The notes below the pieces were generated by a model. It made no database searches. It saw only the letters and a list, made by a program, of their open reading frames with translations, and was not told where the DNA came from. This document shows, piece by piece, positions 12,432 through 22,048 of a stretch of DNA of 64,000 nucleotides; positions within the stretch are counted from its first letter, which is position 1; each line of letters starts with the position of its first letter. Position numbers and translations under genes: made by a program. This DNA is from Bdellovibrionales bacterium (GTDB lineage: Bacteria; Bdellovibrionota; Bdellovibrionia; Bdellovibrionales; UBA1609). The stretch spans positions 800,001 through 864,000 of the forward strand of contig OZ241456.1 in assembly GCA_965200875.1 (NCBI GenBank). The letters run 5' to 3'.

Positions 12432-14087
12432 GTGAAAGTGGGCACACCACAGTCACAAAGAAAGCAAAAGCGTTTTCGCATAACTGATAAAAAAATCAAT
12501 AACCTGCTATTAATGGGGGAAGGGTATCGCATAGAGTTTAAACAATCTCTTGATAAGTCTCTTCTTGAAGAGGTTTGTGCTTTTGCCAATTCATCAGGTG
12601 GTTATATTTTAATAGGAGTGGCAGATGATAAAACCATTAAAGGAGTGAACATAAGCCATCGGCAACTTTCTCAAATCCAGGATATGTTGATCCGTTTACA
12701 ACCTAAGTTGGATATCATTGTTACAGCCAAGAAAAACCTTATTGTTATTTGTGTTCCTGAAGGTTCTGAAAAACCTTATAGTTCTCCAAGGGGATTTTTT
12801 ATGAGAGTGGGGGCAAATTCTCAAAAAATGACTAGGGATGAAATTATTGGTTTTTTTAAAAAAGAGGGTCGGATCCATTTTGAAGAGTTAATCAATGAAA
12901 AAGCAACCTTTGAAAAGGATTTTGATCCACAGGCTTTTAAAAAATTTTTAAAACTATCAGGGATCAACCCAACAATTAAACAGGAAACTCTTTTACAAAA
13001 TCTTGATTGTTTGACACCAGATAACAATCTTACAAACTTAGGGGTTTTGTTTTTTGCCAAGGACCTAGATTTCATTATGAATCATGCTCTTGTGGATTGT
13101 ATTTTGTTTCGAGGTGTAAATAAAGTAAAGATTTTAGATAGAAAGCAATACAAAGGAAATATTATTGAAAATATTGAAAGTGCTTTGGCTTTTGTGCAAA
13201 GACATACAAATACAGAGTATGTGATTACAGGTAAACCCCAAAGGGAGGAAATTGCTGATTACCCTGAAACTGCTTTAAGGGAAGCTATTGTCAATGCTGT
13301 TTGCCATAGAGATTATTTTGAAAAACGTTGCCATGTAGTTGTGGAAGTATTTTCTAACAGAGTGAAAATTGACAATCCGGGTGGTTTGCCAAGTGGGCTT
13401 AATCCAAAACAATTTGGAACAAAAAGTGTGCCACGAAATCTTTTTATTGCCTCAATGCTTCATAGAGCAAATTACATAGAACAAGCCGGAACAGGAATAA
13501 ACCGCATAAAAGAAGCACTTGCTAATCATAAAAAGAAAGTGATTCTTGATATTCAATATAGTAAAGCCAGTACTTTTTACACTGTTGTTTTTAGAAAGAA
13601 AGCACTTACCAGCACTACCCAGAAACCGGCATTAGGCACTACCCAGAAAAGGTTATCCGGCACTACCCAGAAACCGGCATTAGGCACTACCCAGAAAAGG
13701 TTATCCGGCACTACCCAGAAACCGGCATTAGGCACTACCCAGAAAAGGTTATCCGGCACTACCCAGAAACCGATATCAGGCACTACCCAGAAAAGGTTAT
13801 CCGGTACTACCCAGAAAAGGTTATCCGGCACTACCCAGAAACCGGCATTAGGCACTACCCAGAAAAGGTTATCCGGTACTACCCAGAAACCGATATCAGG
13901 CACTACCCAGAAAATTTTGAATTTAATAAATAAAAACCCTGTTATCACTAGGCAAGAACTGGCGGAACAAATCGGCAACATTAGTGTAGATGGTATTAAG
14001 TACCATTTGGAACAGCTAAAAAAGAAAGGTTTTTTGAAAAGAATTGGTCCTGCTAAAGGTGGTCATTGGAAGGTTCTTAAAAAATGA
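12432..14087 (+). CDS. AlbA_2/Schlafen-like domain + HATPase_c_4 + C-terminal HTH protein
   Basis: GEGYRIEFKQS..EVCAFANSSGGYILIGV, YPETALREAIVNAVCHRDY, NPGGL, IEQAGTGI and C-terminal RIGPAKGGHW. Confidence 0.88.
   Translation: MKVGTPQSQRKQKRFRITDKKINNLLLMGEGYRIEFKQSLDKSLLEEVCAFANSSGGYILIGVADDKTIKGVNISHRQLSQIQDMLIRLQPKLDIIVTAKKNLIVICVPEGSEKPYSSPRGFFMRVGANSQKMTRDEIIGFFKKEGRIHFEELINEKATFEKDFDPQAFKKFLKLSGINPTIKQETLLQNLDCLTPDNNLTNLGVLFFAKDLDFIMNHALVDCILFRGVNKVKILDRKQYKGNIIENIESALAFVQRHTNTEYVITGKPQREEIADYPETALREAIVNAVCHRDYFEKRCHVVVEVFSNRVKIDNPGGLPSGLNPKQFGTKSVPRNLFIASMLHRANYIEQAGTGINRIKEALANHKKKVILDIQYSKASTFYTVVFRKKALTSTTQKPALGTTQKRLSGTTQKPALGTTQKRLSGTTQKPALGTTQKRLSGTTQKPISGTTQKRLSGTTQKRLSGTTQKPALGTTQKRLSGTTQKPISGTTQKILNLINKNPVITRQELAEQIGNISVDGIKYHLEQLKKKGFLKRIGPAKGGHWKVLKK
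13611..13913 (+). repeat. in-frame 24-bp VNTR, 12 full units plus one partial (GTTQK-PAL/RLS/PIS)
   Basis: Units GGCACTACCCAGAAA+CCGGCATTA/AGGTTATCC/CCGATATCA read directly. Confidence 0.95.
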
Positions 14088-14102
14088 AACGAGCAGTTAG
14101 AC

Positions 14103-14300
14103 ACGATGTCATTCCCGCCTTGAGCGGGAATCCCGCACTTAAACGGGAAGCCAAATCGTTGTCTTCCTGTCCCTTGCGATCGAGAATCCAGCAACAGTTT
14201 TCATTTTGTTACGATGTCATTCCCGCCTTGAGCGGGAATCCCGCACTTAAACAGGAAGATAAATTGTTATCTTCCTGTCCCTTGCGGTCGAGAAGACAAT
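14103..14300. repeat. tandem pair (108-bp period) of palindromic repeat modules
   Basis: ACGATGTCATTCCCGCCTTGAGCGGGAATCCCGCACTTAAAC at 14103 and 14211. Confidence 0.85.
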
Positions 14301-14474
14301 CATCTAAAAATAGAAAGGAGATGTTAAAATGAGTGTAAACAAATGTGTTATATGGGGTACTTTACTAAAAACAGAACTGAAAAATTAAAAACTATCAAAG
14401 TATTATCTATTGATAAAAAGGATCAAGGAAATAACTTGTATAAAAATTCAAACAAATAAATAAAGGAGGCAAAC

Positions 14475-14918
14475 ATGAGTGAGCAAAATAAAAAAGAAAG
14501 TGAAATCAATACGGATTTCTTAGATCGCTGTATTCGAGCTTTGGAAATTTCATACAATAAACTGCAAAAACTGTCCCCGGAAAATATTGAATATGACATT
14601 TATCGCTCTGCTTGTGTTAAAGAGTTTGAAATTATTTTGGAGCAATGCGGGAAGTTGTTAAAAAAACGCCTGAGAGATTTTTTTCATTCCAATAAAGCTG
14701 TTGATGATTTGGTATTTAAGGATCTTTTTCGTTACTCAGCAAAACATGGTTTGATGGATATTAAGAGCAGTGAACGCTGGTGTAAATATAGAGATAACAG
14801 AAATAACACAGCTCATGATTATGGAGTGGGTTTTGCCGAAGAAACTTTAAAAGCTCTATCCCCATTTATAACTGACGCGAAAGCCATTGTTGATATTTTG
14901 AAAAAGAAAGAGACATAA
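14475..14918 (+). CDS. HEPN toxin (nucleotidyltransferase substrate-binding, HI0074-like)
   Basis: RSACVKEFEIILE and YRDNRNNTAHDY (Rx4H motif); upstream of an MNT domain. Confidence 0.88.
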   Translation: MSEQNKKESEINTDFLDRCIRALEISYNKLQKLSPENIEYDIYRSACVKEFEIILEQCGKLLKKRLRDFFHSNKAVDDLVFKDLFRYSAKHGLMDIKSSERWCKYRDNRNNTAHDYGVGFAEETLKALSPFITDAKAIVDILKKKET

Positions 14919-15012
14919 ATATAGGGTCGTGAAAAACTTGGTTAAACATTGTTTATTTTTCTAAAAAATAAACCGCTTTAATAAGTAAACATAAAAAATC
15001 AGTTTTGCTGAT

Positions 15013-16893
15013 ATGATAAAAAATAAGACTAAAAAAGCAGGAGAAAGTTCAGTGTCTGAAAAAAAACTTCATTTGCCTGTTAAATATAGAAAACAAATAA
15101 AGACTCTGTTTCGAAAGCATTTACCTGATGTGGATGTATGGGTTTACGGAAGTCGGGTTAACGGACAAAGCCACCCAGCTAGTGACTTAGATCTAGTGTT
15201 GCGTGCGCCGGGGTTAAAAAAGATTAATTCATTAAAACTATATGACTTAAAGGAAGCTTTAACAGAGTCCAATATTCCTTTTTTAGTGGAGGCAAGGGAT
15301 TGGGCTTTACTTCCAAAAAGCTTTCATCAGGAAATTAAGCGTAGTTATATTATTTTAATTAAAGGCGAAAAAAAATATTACACTGATGAGGTAAAAACAA
15401 AAAAAATATTGAGTAAAAAACCTTCTGTCAATTCCTCTGGGTCTGTAAATTTCTCTGAGTTTGTCACCACTTCCTCTGAGCCTATTACTCCATCCGTGGG
15501 CAGGACTCCAAAACTTAAACAGGAAGCCAAATCATTGTCTTCCCGCTCCACCTCTTCAGGCGTTCCCGCCAAGCACGATGTTCATCCCCCTAGGCACGAT
15601 GTCATTCCCGCGCAAGCGGGAATCCAGAAAAAGCTTTCATCTGAAAAAAAATGGAGGCTTTGTTCTATAAGAGAGGAGTATTCATCGACACAACAAGTAG
15701 ATAAATCATTGTCTTCCCGCTCCACCTCTTCAGGCGTTCCCGCCAAGCACGATGTTCATCCCCCTAGGCACGATGTCATTCCCGCGCAAGCGGGAATCCA
15801 GAAAAAGCTTTCATTTGAAAATGAGCAGAAGCTTGGTTCTGCACAATCTGAGTATACAGGAAACACAAAACAAACAGAGATCGGAGAAATACCAGAAGAA
15901 TGGGATATTACTTCTATTAAAGAAGCTTATTTTTTTTCTAAAAAACCAAAAGAATTAAACTTAAAAAGCTTTTCACATATATCTTTTGTTCCCATGCAAT
16001 TAATCCCGGATAATCAGCTATTTTTAAGTAATTATATAGAAAAGAAATGGAAACTACTGTCAAGTGGTGTATATTTTGAGGAAGGAGATTTATTGTTATC
16101 AAAAATTACCCCTTCATTTGAAAATGGAAAACAATGTATTATCAGAAATATAAAAAATGGATTTGGAATTGCAACAACAGAGGTAATTCCTATTAAAAGT
16201 AAAAAAGGGGTAAGTGATATAAGGTTTCTTTTTTATTATTTATTATTAAATAATATTCGCTCTACAATAGCAGGAAAAATGGAAGGAACAACAGGAAAAA
16301 AACGAATACCTGTATATGTTATTAAAAACTTCAAAATCCCTCTTCCACCACTTGAGGAGCAAAAAAAGATTGTGGAGATTTTGTCTAAAATTCAAAAAGC
16401 GGTTGAGATACAAAATAAAATTATTAAAGTCACAAAAGAATTAAAACAAACAACTATGAAGTATCTTTTTACATATGGAACAAGAGGAAGTAAAAGCACT
16501 TTGGAGATACCAGAGTATGCTGACCCTTCCTGTCCCACCTCTTCAATCGTTTCATCTAAGCACGATGTTTATTCTTCTGAACTTGTCACTCCTTCTGAGC
16601 CTGTCAATTCCTCTGAGTCTGTCATTCCCGCCGTGAGCATGACTCTAAAACTTAAGCATGAAGACAAATCGTTGTCTTCCCGTCCCTTGCAGTCGGGAAT
16701 CAAGAAAAAACCTTCATCTGAAAGTGAGAAGGCATTTGGTTCTGCACAAGCGGATATATTGCAAAAGATAGATGATAAAATATCAGTACATGAAAAGAAA
16801 AAGTCAACACTTGAAGAATTACTTAAAACCATGTTAAACCAGCTAATGACCGGAAAAATCCGTACTCATAGTGTGGATATACTGGAAAAATAA
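15013..16893 (+). CDS. hsdS: MNT nucleotidyltransferase fused to Type I specificity subunit (single TRD, repeat insertions)
   Basis: N-terminal VYGSRVNG..SDLDLVL. HsdS motifs KQTEIGEIPEEW, KITPSFENGK, IPLPPLEEQKKIVEILS and LNQLMTGKIR. Confidence 0.85.
   Translation: MIKNKTKKAGESSVSEKKLHLPVKYRKQIKTLFRKHLPDVDVWVYGSRVNGQSHPASDLDLVLRAPGLKKINSLKLYDLKEALTESNIPFLVEARDWALLPKSFHQEIKRSYIILIKGEKKYYTDEVKTKKILSKKPSVNSSGSVNFSEFVTTSSEPITPSVGRTPKLKQEAKSLSSRSTSSGVPAKHDVHPPRHDVIPAQAGIQKKLSSEKKWRLCSIREEYSSTQQVDKSLSSRSTSSGVPAKHDVHPPRHDVIPAQAGIQKKLSFENEQKLGSAQSEYTGNTKQTEIGEIPEEWDITSIKEAYFFSKKPKELNLKSFSHISFVPMQLIPDNQLFLSNYIEKKWKLLSSGVYFEEGDLLLSKITPSFENGKQCIIRNIKNGFGIATTEVIPIKSKKGVSDIRFLFYYLLLNNIRSTIAGKMEGTTGKKRIPVYVIKNFKIPLPPLEEQKKIVEILSKIQKAVEIQNKIIKVTKELKQTTMKYLFTYGTRGSKSTLEIPEYADPSCPTSSIVSSKHDVYSSELVTPSEPVNSSESVIPAVSMTLKLKHEDKSLSSRPLQSGIKKKPSSESEKAFGSAQADILQKIDDKISVHEKKKSTLEELLKTMLNQLMTGKIRTHSVDILEK
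15529..15814 (+). repeat. 112-bp identical direct repeat (174-bp period) carrying the palindrome GTCATTCCCGCGCAAGCGGGAATCCAG in frame in hsdS
   Basis: Copies at 15529-15640 and 15703-15814; encodes KSLSSRSTSSGVPAKHDVHPPRHDVIPAQAGIQKKLS twice. Confidence 0.92.
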
Positions 16894-16914
16894 ATAAAGA
16901 ATAAAAAGGACACT

Positions 16915-17979
16915 ATGTTTAATATCGATCAGCAAATCTCATTAAGAACGGAATTAACTCCTCGTATATTGCCGAGAACCCAATATTTGGGAAGCAAACA
17001 GAAATTGGTAAAATGGATATACCAATGCTCTCCTAAAAATATAAAAACAGTTTTTGACGCATTTAGTGGCACATCTGCTGTAGGATATCATTTTAAAACC
17101 CAAGGAAAAAAAGTTATAGCCAATGATTTTCTAAAGTTTAATTACCATATTGGAAAAGCCCTTATTGAAAATAAAAATATCATCTTGACGAATAAAGATA
17201 TTAAGTTGTTGTTGCAAAATAATAAAACCTCTGACTTCTTTATTGAAGAAAACTTTACTGGAGTATTTTTTGAAAAAGAACAGGCTCAATTTTTAGATAA
17301 TTTTAGAGCCAATATTGATCTCTTAAATAATCAATATAAAAAATCTTTGGCTTTTACAATTATTAATAGAGCTTTAACAAAGAAGGTTTTGTTGGGCCAT
17401 TTTGCACATTTAAAAGCTCTGGACTACAGCAAAAATCTTAAGCGTATTAAAAGAAACCCGGCTATTACTCGACCCATAAAAGATCTATTTCTGGATCTGG
17501 TAAATGATTATAATCATGCGGTGTTTGATAATAAGCAACAAAACAAAATGTACTGTCAGGATATAATTGGTTTTATCAGGAATATAAAAGGTGTGGACTT
17601 GGTATATTTTGATCCTCCTTATTATGGCTGTCATCCAGATTATCAGGCTTTTTATCATTTCCTAGAAACTTATGTTGAGTACTGGAAAGAAAAACAATTT
17701 ATTAATAAAACGAAACAATATTTCCCTAAGAAGAAAAGTGGCTTTACACAAAAAAATGAAATAGTGGAGTCATTTAAAAAACTATTTGAGAACAGTCAGG
17801 ATATTCCATATTGGCTGATTTCTTACAATAGTAATAGCTACCCTGATAAAGAGACTATGACGAATATAATACAGCAATATAGAAAAACTAAAGTTTTTGA
17901 AAATGAATATCAAAATCATTACGGAGGCAAAGGCTCTCGCAAAGGTACACGAGAATATTTGTTTTTATGTTATGAGTAA
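16915..17979 (+). CDS. DNA adenine methyltransferase (D12 class)
   Basis: QYLGSKQKL, VFDAFSGT, VYFDPPY. Confidence 0.88.
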   Translation: MFNIDQQISLRTELTPRILPRTQYLGSKQKLVKWIYQCSPKNIKTVFDAFSGTSAVGYHFKTQGKKVIANDFLKFNYHIGKALIENKNIILTNKDIKLLLQNNKTSDFFIEENFTGVFFEKEQAQFLDNFRANIDLLNNQYKKSLAFTIINRALTKKVLLGHFAHLKALDYSKNLKRIKRNPAITRPIKDLFLDLVNDYNHAVFDNKQQNKMYCQDIIGFIRNIKGVDLVYFDPPYYGCHPDYQAFYHFLETYVEYWKEKQFINKTKQYFPKKKSGFTQKNEIVESFKKLFENSQDIPYWLISYNSNSYPDKETMTNIIQQYRKTKVFENEYQNHYGGKGSRKGTREYLFLCYE

Positions 17980-18041
17980 AAATAAAGAGCAAGAACATTT
18001 GGATATACTTGTGAAATAAAAATATAAAACAAAAGGAGAGT

Positions 18042-20033
18042 ATGATGAAAATTAAAAAATTAGAGATTGAAAATTTTAAAGCTATAAAGCATCTGAAGTT
18101 GGATATTTTAAGTGACACTGTTTTAATTGCTGGCCCAAATGGCTGTGGCAAATCATGTATCTTTCATGCAATTAGATTATTAAAATCTGTTATAGGTGGA
18201 TATCAGGATAATGAGTGGCATTTGTGGTTTAATGAATTTCAAATAAGTCCACAAAACCTTGGTCAGGATATTATTAAGTTATTTCAAACAGATGACAGAA
18301 AATTACAAATTAAAGCCGATTTTGAATTAAGTGAAGAAGAAAAAACATTTTTAAAAAATGAAGGTAAAGATATGCTTGAATACCAGCTATGGAAAAGAGC
18401 ATTACCTAATATTTTCAATACTCTAGATCAACAATACTATAAAGCTCGACCGTTAGGTGCACAATATGGTGATATAGCTAAAAAAATAACCGAATCATCT
18501 AAGCAATTATTTGAAAATTTGAATAAAGAATTGTCTCAACCAAAAATTAATGTTTGTTTTGAAGCTGATGTAAACGGTGTTCTTACAATATCTCCTACAA
18601 AATCATTACAGCTTGCATTTAGTTTTTTTGAAAAAGACTTAGGTATTATTGATTATCATGGCCCTGATAGGAATTACCATAAAGAAACATTAAATAATAT
18701 TAATTTAAATATTAAGACAAGTCACCAATCTATAAAGCAACACTCTTTATACAATTATACAAATAAGTATTCCAATGTGAAACAGGAAATGGTTGGAAGT
18801 TATATTAGGAGTTTGCTGACAAAAGAGGCTGGAGGAGTAGTGAACAGTTCAGATTCCAATTTAATTGATACCTTAAAAGAGTTGTTTAATGAGTTTTTTC
18901 CTGGAAAAGAGTTTTTAGATCCACAACCAAGTAAAACTGGTGGAATTGATTTTCCTGTAAAACTAAAAAATGGCACAACTCATGATATCAATGATCTTAG
19001 TTCAGGTGAAAAAGAGGTGCTTTATGGTTATTTGAGATTAAGAAGTTCTACACCAAAAAATTCTATCATTATGATTGATGAACCAGAGCTTCATTTGAAT
19101 CCAAAATTAATTTCTGGCCTACCACATTTTTACAAAAAACATTTAAGTGAAAAAATGGGTAATCAAATTTTACTAATAACTCATTCTGATGCTTTTCTTC
19201 GTGAAGCTATGAGAGAAAAGGATTATCAAGTTTATCATATAAAACCACCTTTTAGTATTTCATCTTATAAAGATAATCAAATTAAAGTAGTCAATGTAAA
19301 TAATGATTTGGAAGAAGCTATTATTGATTTAGTTGGTGATTTAGCCACTTATTCACCAGATAAAAAAAATGTGTTGTTGGAAGGAGAAAACTCAGAGTTT
19401 GATTCAAAAATGATTACAAAGTTATTTCCTGAATTTTCAGAAAAAGTAAACTTATTATCTGCTGGCTCAAAGCATAAAGTAATCAGACTACATGAATTAT
19501 TGGAAAAAGCAAATCAAGAAGGGCAACTACATACAAAATTTTTTTCAATTATAGATAAGGATCTACATGATGATAACACTATAAGATCAATAAAGGCATT
19601 TCAGTGGGATGTTTATCATATAGAAAATTATTTATTAAATGAAGACTACTTACTAAAATCTGTAAATGGATTGCTATTGCAAAAACAATGGAGTATTGAA
19701 GAAATAAACGATTTATTATTAAAATGTGCAAAAGAATCTATAGGTGTCCTTATTAAAGATATTCTAACTAATGAGGTATATAAAAAAACTCCTAATCTTA
19801 AAAAAATAGGATGTGATCCAGAAAATTTAAATATCTCTATAGAGATTTATAACTCTCTTCAAAGAAAAATAGACAATCTTTCTAAAATTCCAACAAAGGA
19901 TTATTTGCAAAAATTACAAGATATTGAAAAGCAAAAACGAAAAGAATTTAATCAGGCTTTTTGCAATTACACATGGAAGGAAAAAGTGAAAGGGAGAGAT
20001 GTATTAAAAAGATTAGTGGCAACAATTAATTAG
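18042..20033 (+). CDS. ABC-type ATPase fused to TOPRIM-like domain (OLD / fused PARIS-like defence protein)
   Basis: Walker A GPNGCGKS, LSSGEK, IDEPELHL, ITHS; TOPRIM-like LLEGENSEFD, IIDKD and YHIENYLL. Confidence 0.8.
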   Translation: MMKIKKLEIENFKAIKHLKLDILSDTVLIAGPNGCGKSCIFHAIRLLKSVIGGYQDNEWHLWFNEFQISPQNLGQDIIKLFQTDDRKLQIKADFELSEEEKTFLKNEGKDMLEYQLWKRALPNIFNTLDQQYYKARPLGAQYGDIAKKITESSKQLFENLNKELSQPKINVCFEADVNGVLTISPTKSLQLAFSFFEKDLGIIDYHGPDRNYHKETLNNINLNIKTSHQSIKQHSLYNYTNKYSNVKQEMVGSYIRSLLTKEAGGVVNSSDSNLIDTLKELFNEFFPGKEFLDPQPSKTGGIDFPVKLKNGTTHDINDLSSGEKEVLYGYLRLRSSTPKNSIIMIDEPELHLNPKLISGLPHFYKKHLSEKMGNQILLITHSDAFLREAMREKDYQVYHIKPPFSISSYKDNQIKVVNVNNDLEEAIIDLVGDLATYSPDKKNVLLEGENSEFDSKMITKLFPEFSEKVNLLSAGSKHKVIRLHELLEKANQEGQLHTKFFSIIDKDLHDDNTIRSIKAFQWDVYHIENYLLNEDYLLKSVNGLLLQKQWSIEEINDLLLKCAKESIGVLIKDILTNEVYKKTPNLKKIGCDPENLNISIEIYNSLQRKIDNLSKIPTKDYLQKLQDIEKQKRKEFNQAFCNYTWKEKVKGRDVLKRLVATIN

Positions 20034-20446
20034 GAAATTTCAACTGAAAATTTTTCATATATGACTTTAAGAAATCAGATTATTGCCACAATGGCTATAG
20101 ACAGTTACAAGCCTGAAGGGATGAAAAAGATTATTCAACAAATAAAAAATGCTTAATGTTGAGGGTTTTTGTATTAAAATTTTATCAGGATATGTGCGGG
20201 CTTATGAGTGGTTGAAAGCCTTTTTTGCTTTCTGTTTAGGTGCTGGATTCCCGCCTGCGCTGGAATGACGTGTATGGAGCGAGCATAGGTGCAAGTTGTA
20301 AGGTGATGATAGGATATACATAGGCTTGTGAATGGCTGAAAGCCCTTTGGGCTTTCAGTTTTGGGAACATACATGAAAAAAAGTGTGATAATTGAAACAC
20401 TGGGGGTTTTTCACGGATCATTACAGTAGACTATAAGAGGGTTATA

Positions 20447-20743
20447 GTGAAGAAAGAGAAACAAGCATTTGTTTATATAATGGCAAATAAAAGAAATGGA
20501 ACAATTTATACAGGAGTGACAAATGATTTATCAAATCGTGTGTGGCAACATAAACAGAATGTAATAGAAGGTTTTACAAAAAAGTACGGTGTTCATCATT
20601 TGGTTTATTTTGAACAACATGGAAGTATGTACTCAGCTATTGAACGAGAGAAACAAATAAAAAAATGGTGCAGGCAATGGAAATTAAAACTCATAGAAAA
20701 AGAAAATCCAAGTTGGAGTGACTTATATGATTCTATCATTTAA
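20447..20743 (+). CDS. stand-alone GIY-YIG endonuclease (UPF0213/YhbQ-like)
   Basis: FVYIMANKRNGTIYTGVTNDL..RVWQH, FTKKY, AIEREKQIKKW.R.WK, NPSWSDL. Confidence 0.92.
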   Translation: MKKEKQAFVYIMANKRNGTIYTGVTNDLSNRVWQHKQNVIEGFTKKYGVHHLVYFEQHGSMYSAIEREKQIKKWCRQWKLKLIEKENPSWSDLYDSII

Positions 20744-20860
20744 TGTTTATATGTATCGTATTGAAAGCCTTTTTGGCTTTTAGTTTAGATACTGGATTCC
20801 CGCCTGCGCGGGAATGACGTATATGAAATAATGATAACTTAAAAAAACAGGAGGAGTAAA

Positions 20861-22048
20861 ATGCAGATAACGCAGATAAAGTTAAAAAATTTTCGGGCTT
20901 TTCAAAATGTGGAGATGCGGGATATTCCGCACTTCGTGGTTCTTGTTGGTGCTAATGGCACAGGCAAATCCACTTTGTTTTCCGTTTTTGGTTTTCTTCG
21001 TGACGCAATGACCTCTAATGTGACCACCGCTCTTTCAAAATTGGGAGGAAGTCGGGGTTTTAAAGAGGTGGTCAGCAGAAACTCAACAGGTCCTATTGAG
21101 ATTGAAATCAAGTTTCGGGAAAAACCCAAAAGTCAGTTGGTTACTTATGCCTTGTGTATTGCTGAAAAAAATGGTCGCGCGATAGTGGAACGGGAGATCT
21201 TAAAATATCGCCGAGGTACCAGGGGAGCACCTTGGAAGTTTTTAGATTTTTCATGCGGGAAAGGCCAAGCTGTTACCAATGAGATGGATGATGTAAAAGA
21301 TGAAAAAGACCTTCAGAGAGAAGAACAAAACCTTAAATCTCCTGATTTGCTGGCCATAAAGGGACTAGCCCAGTTTGAGCGATTTCCTGCTGTAGTGGCT
21401 CTTGGCAATTTGATTGAGCGTTGGCATATCTCTGACTTCCATATCAGCAAAGCGCGCCCGGAACAAGAATCGGGGTATGCGGAACACTTGTCACGCTCAG
21501 GAGAAAACTTGTCCTTGGTGGTGGAATATCTTTATCAAAATCATAGAAATGTTTTTGACACTATTATCAAACAATTGAGTAAAAGAGTGCCTGGCATTAC
21601 CAAAGTTGATTCCAAACAAACAGAAGAAGGACGTATTTTATTGAAATTTCAGGATGGGGATTTTGAAGATCCGTTTCTAGCTCGTTATGTTTCTGACGGT
21701 ACAATTAAAATGCTGGCCTATCTGATTTTACTTTATGACCCTGCTCCTCATCCTCTGCTGTGCGTGGAAGAACCGGAAAATCAACTTTATCACAGTTTGC
21801 TGGAAGAATTAGCAGAGGAATTTCGCTCTTATGCCAACAAAGGCGGGCAGGTATTTGTCTCCACTCACTCCCCGGATTTTTTAAATTCTGTCAAACTGGA
21901 AGAAGTATTTTGGCTGGAAAAGCAATCCGGCTATACAGTTGTCAAACGAGCTATGGCTAATGAGCAAGTTTCCGCTTATATGAAACAAGGGGATAAAATG
22001 GGAAATCTTTGGACACAGGGTTTTTTTACAGGAGCAGATCCTAAATGA
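20861..22048 (+). CDS. AAA_21/ABC-type ATPase
   Basis: GANGTGKS, VSDGTIKML, VEEPENQL, STHS. Confidence 0.88.
   Translation: MQITQIKLKNFRAFQNVEMRDIPHFVVLVGANGTGKSTLFSVFGFLRDAMTSNVTTALSKLGGSRGFKEVVSRNSTGPIEIEIKFREKPKSQLVTYALCIAEKNGRAIVEREILKYRRGTRGAPWKFLDFSCGKGQAVTNEMDDVKDEKDLQREEQNLKSPDLLAIKGLAQFERFPAVVALGNLIERWHISDFHISKARPEQESGYAEHLSRSGENLSLVVEYLYQNHRNVFDTIIKQLSKRVPGITKVDSKQTEEGRILLKFQDGDFEDPFLARYVSDGTIKMLAYLILLYDPAPHPLLCVEEPENQLYHSLLEELAEEFRSYANKGGQVFVSTHSPDFLNSVKLEEVFWLEKQSGYTVVKRAMANEQVSAYMKQGDKMGNLWTQGFFTGADPK

Noticed and set aside
13577..13981. FWVVP-repeat ORF, and the VNTR as a possible CRISPR array
   Set aside because: Antisense shadow of the coding VNTR. Units are contiguous with only 9-nt recurring variants, no unique spacers and no cas genes.
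14084..14332. 82 aa ORF as a genuine gene
   Set aside because: Made almost entirely of two palindromic repeat modules; reported as a repeat, although translation cannot be excluded.
20174..20421. Short minus-strand ORFs containing VIPAQAGIQ
   Set aside because: Translations of the palindromic repeat and a MITE end.
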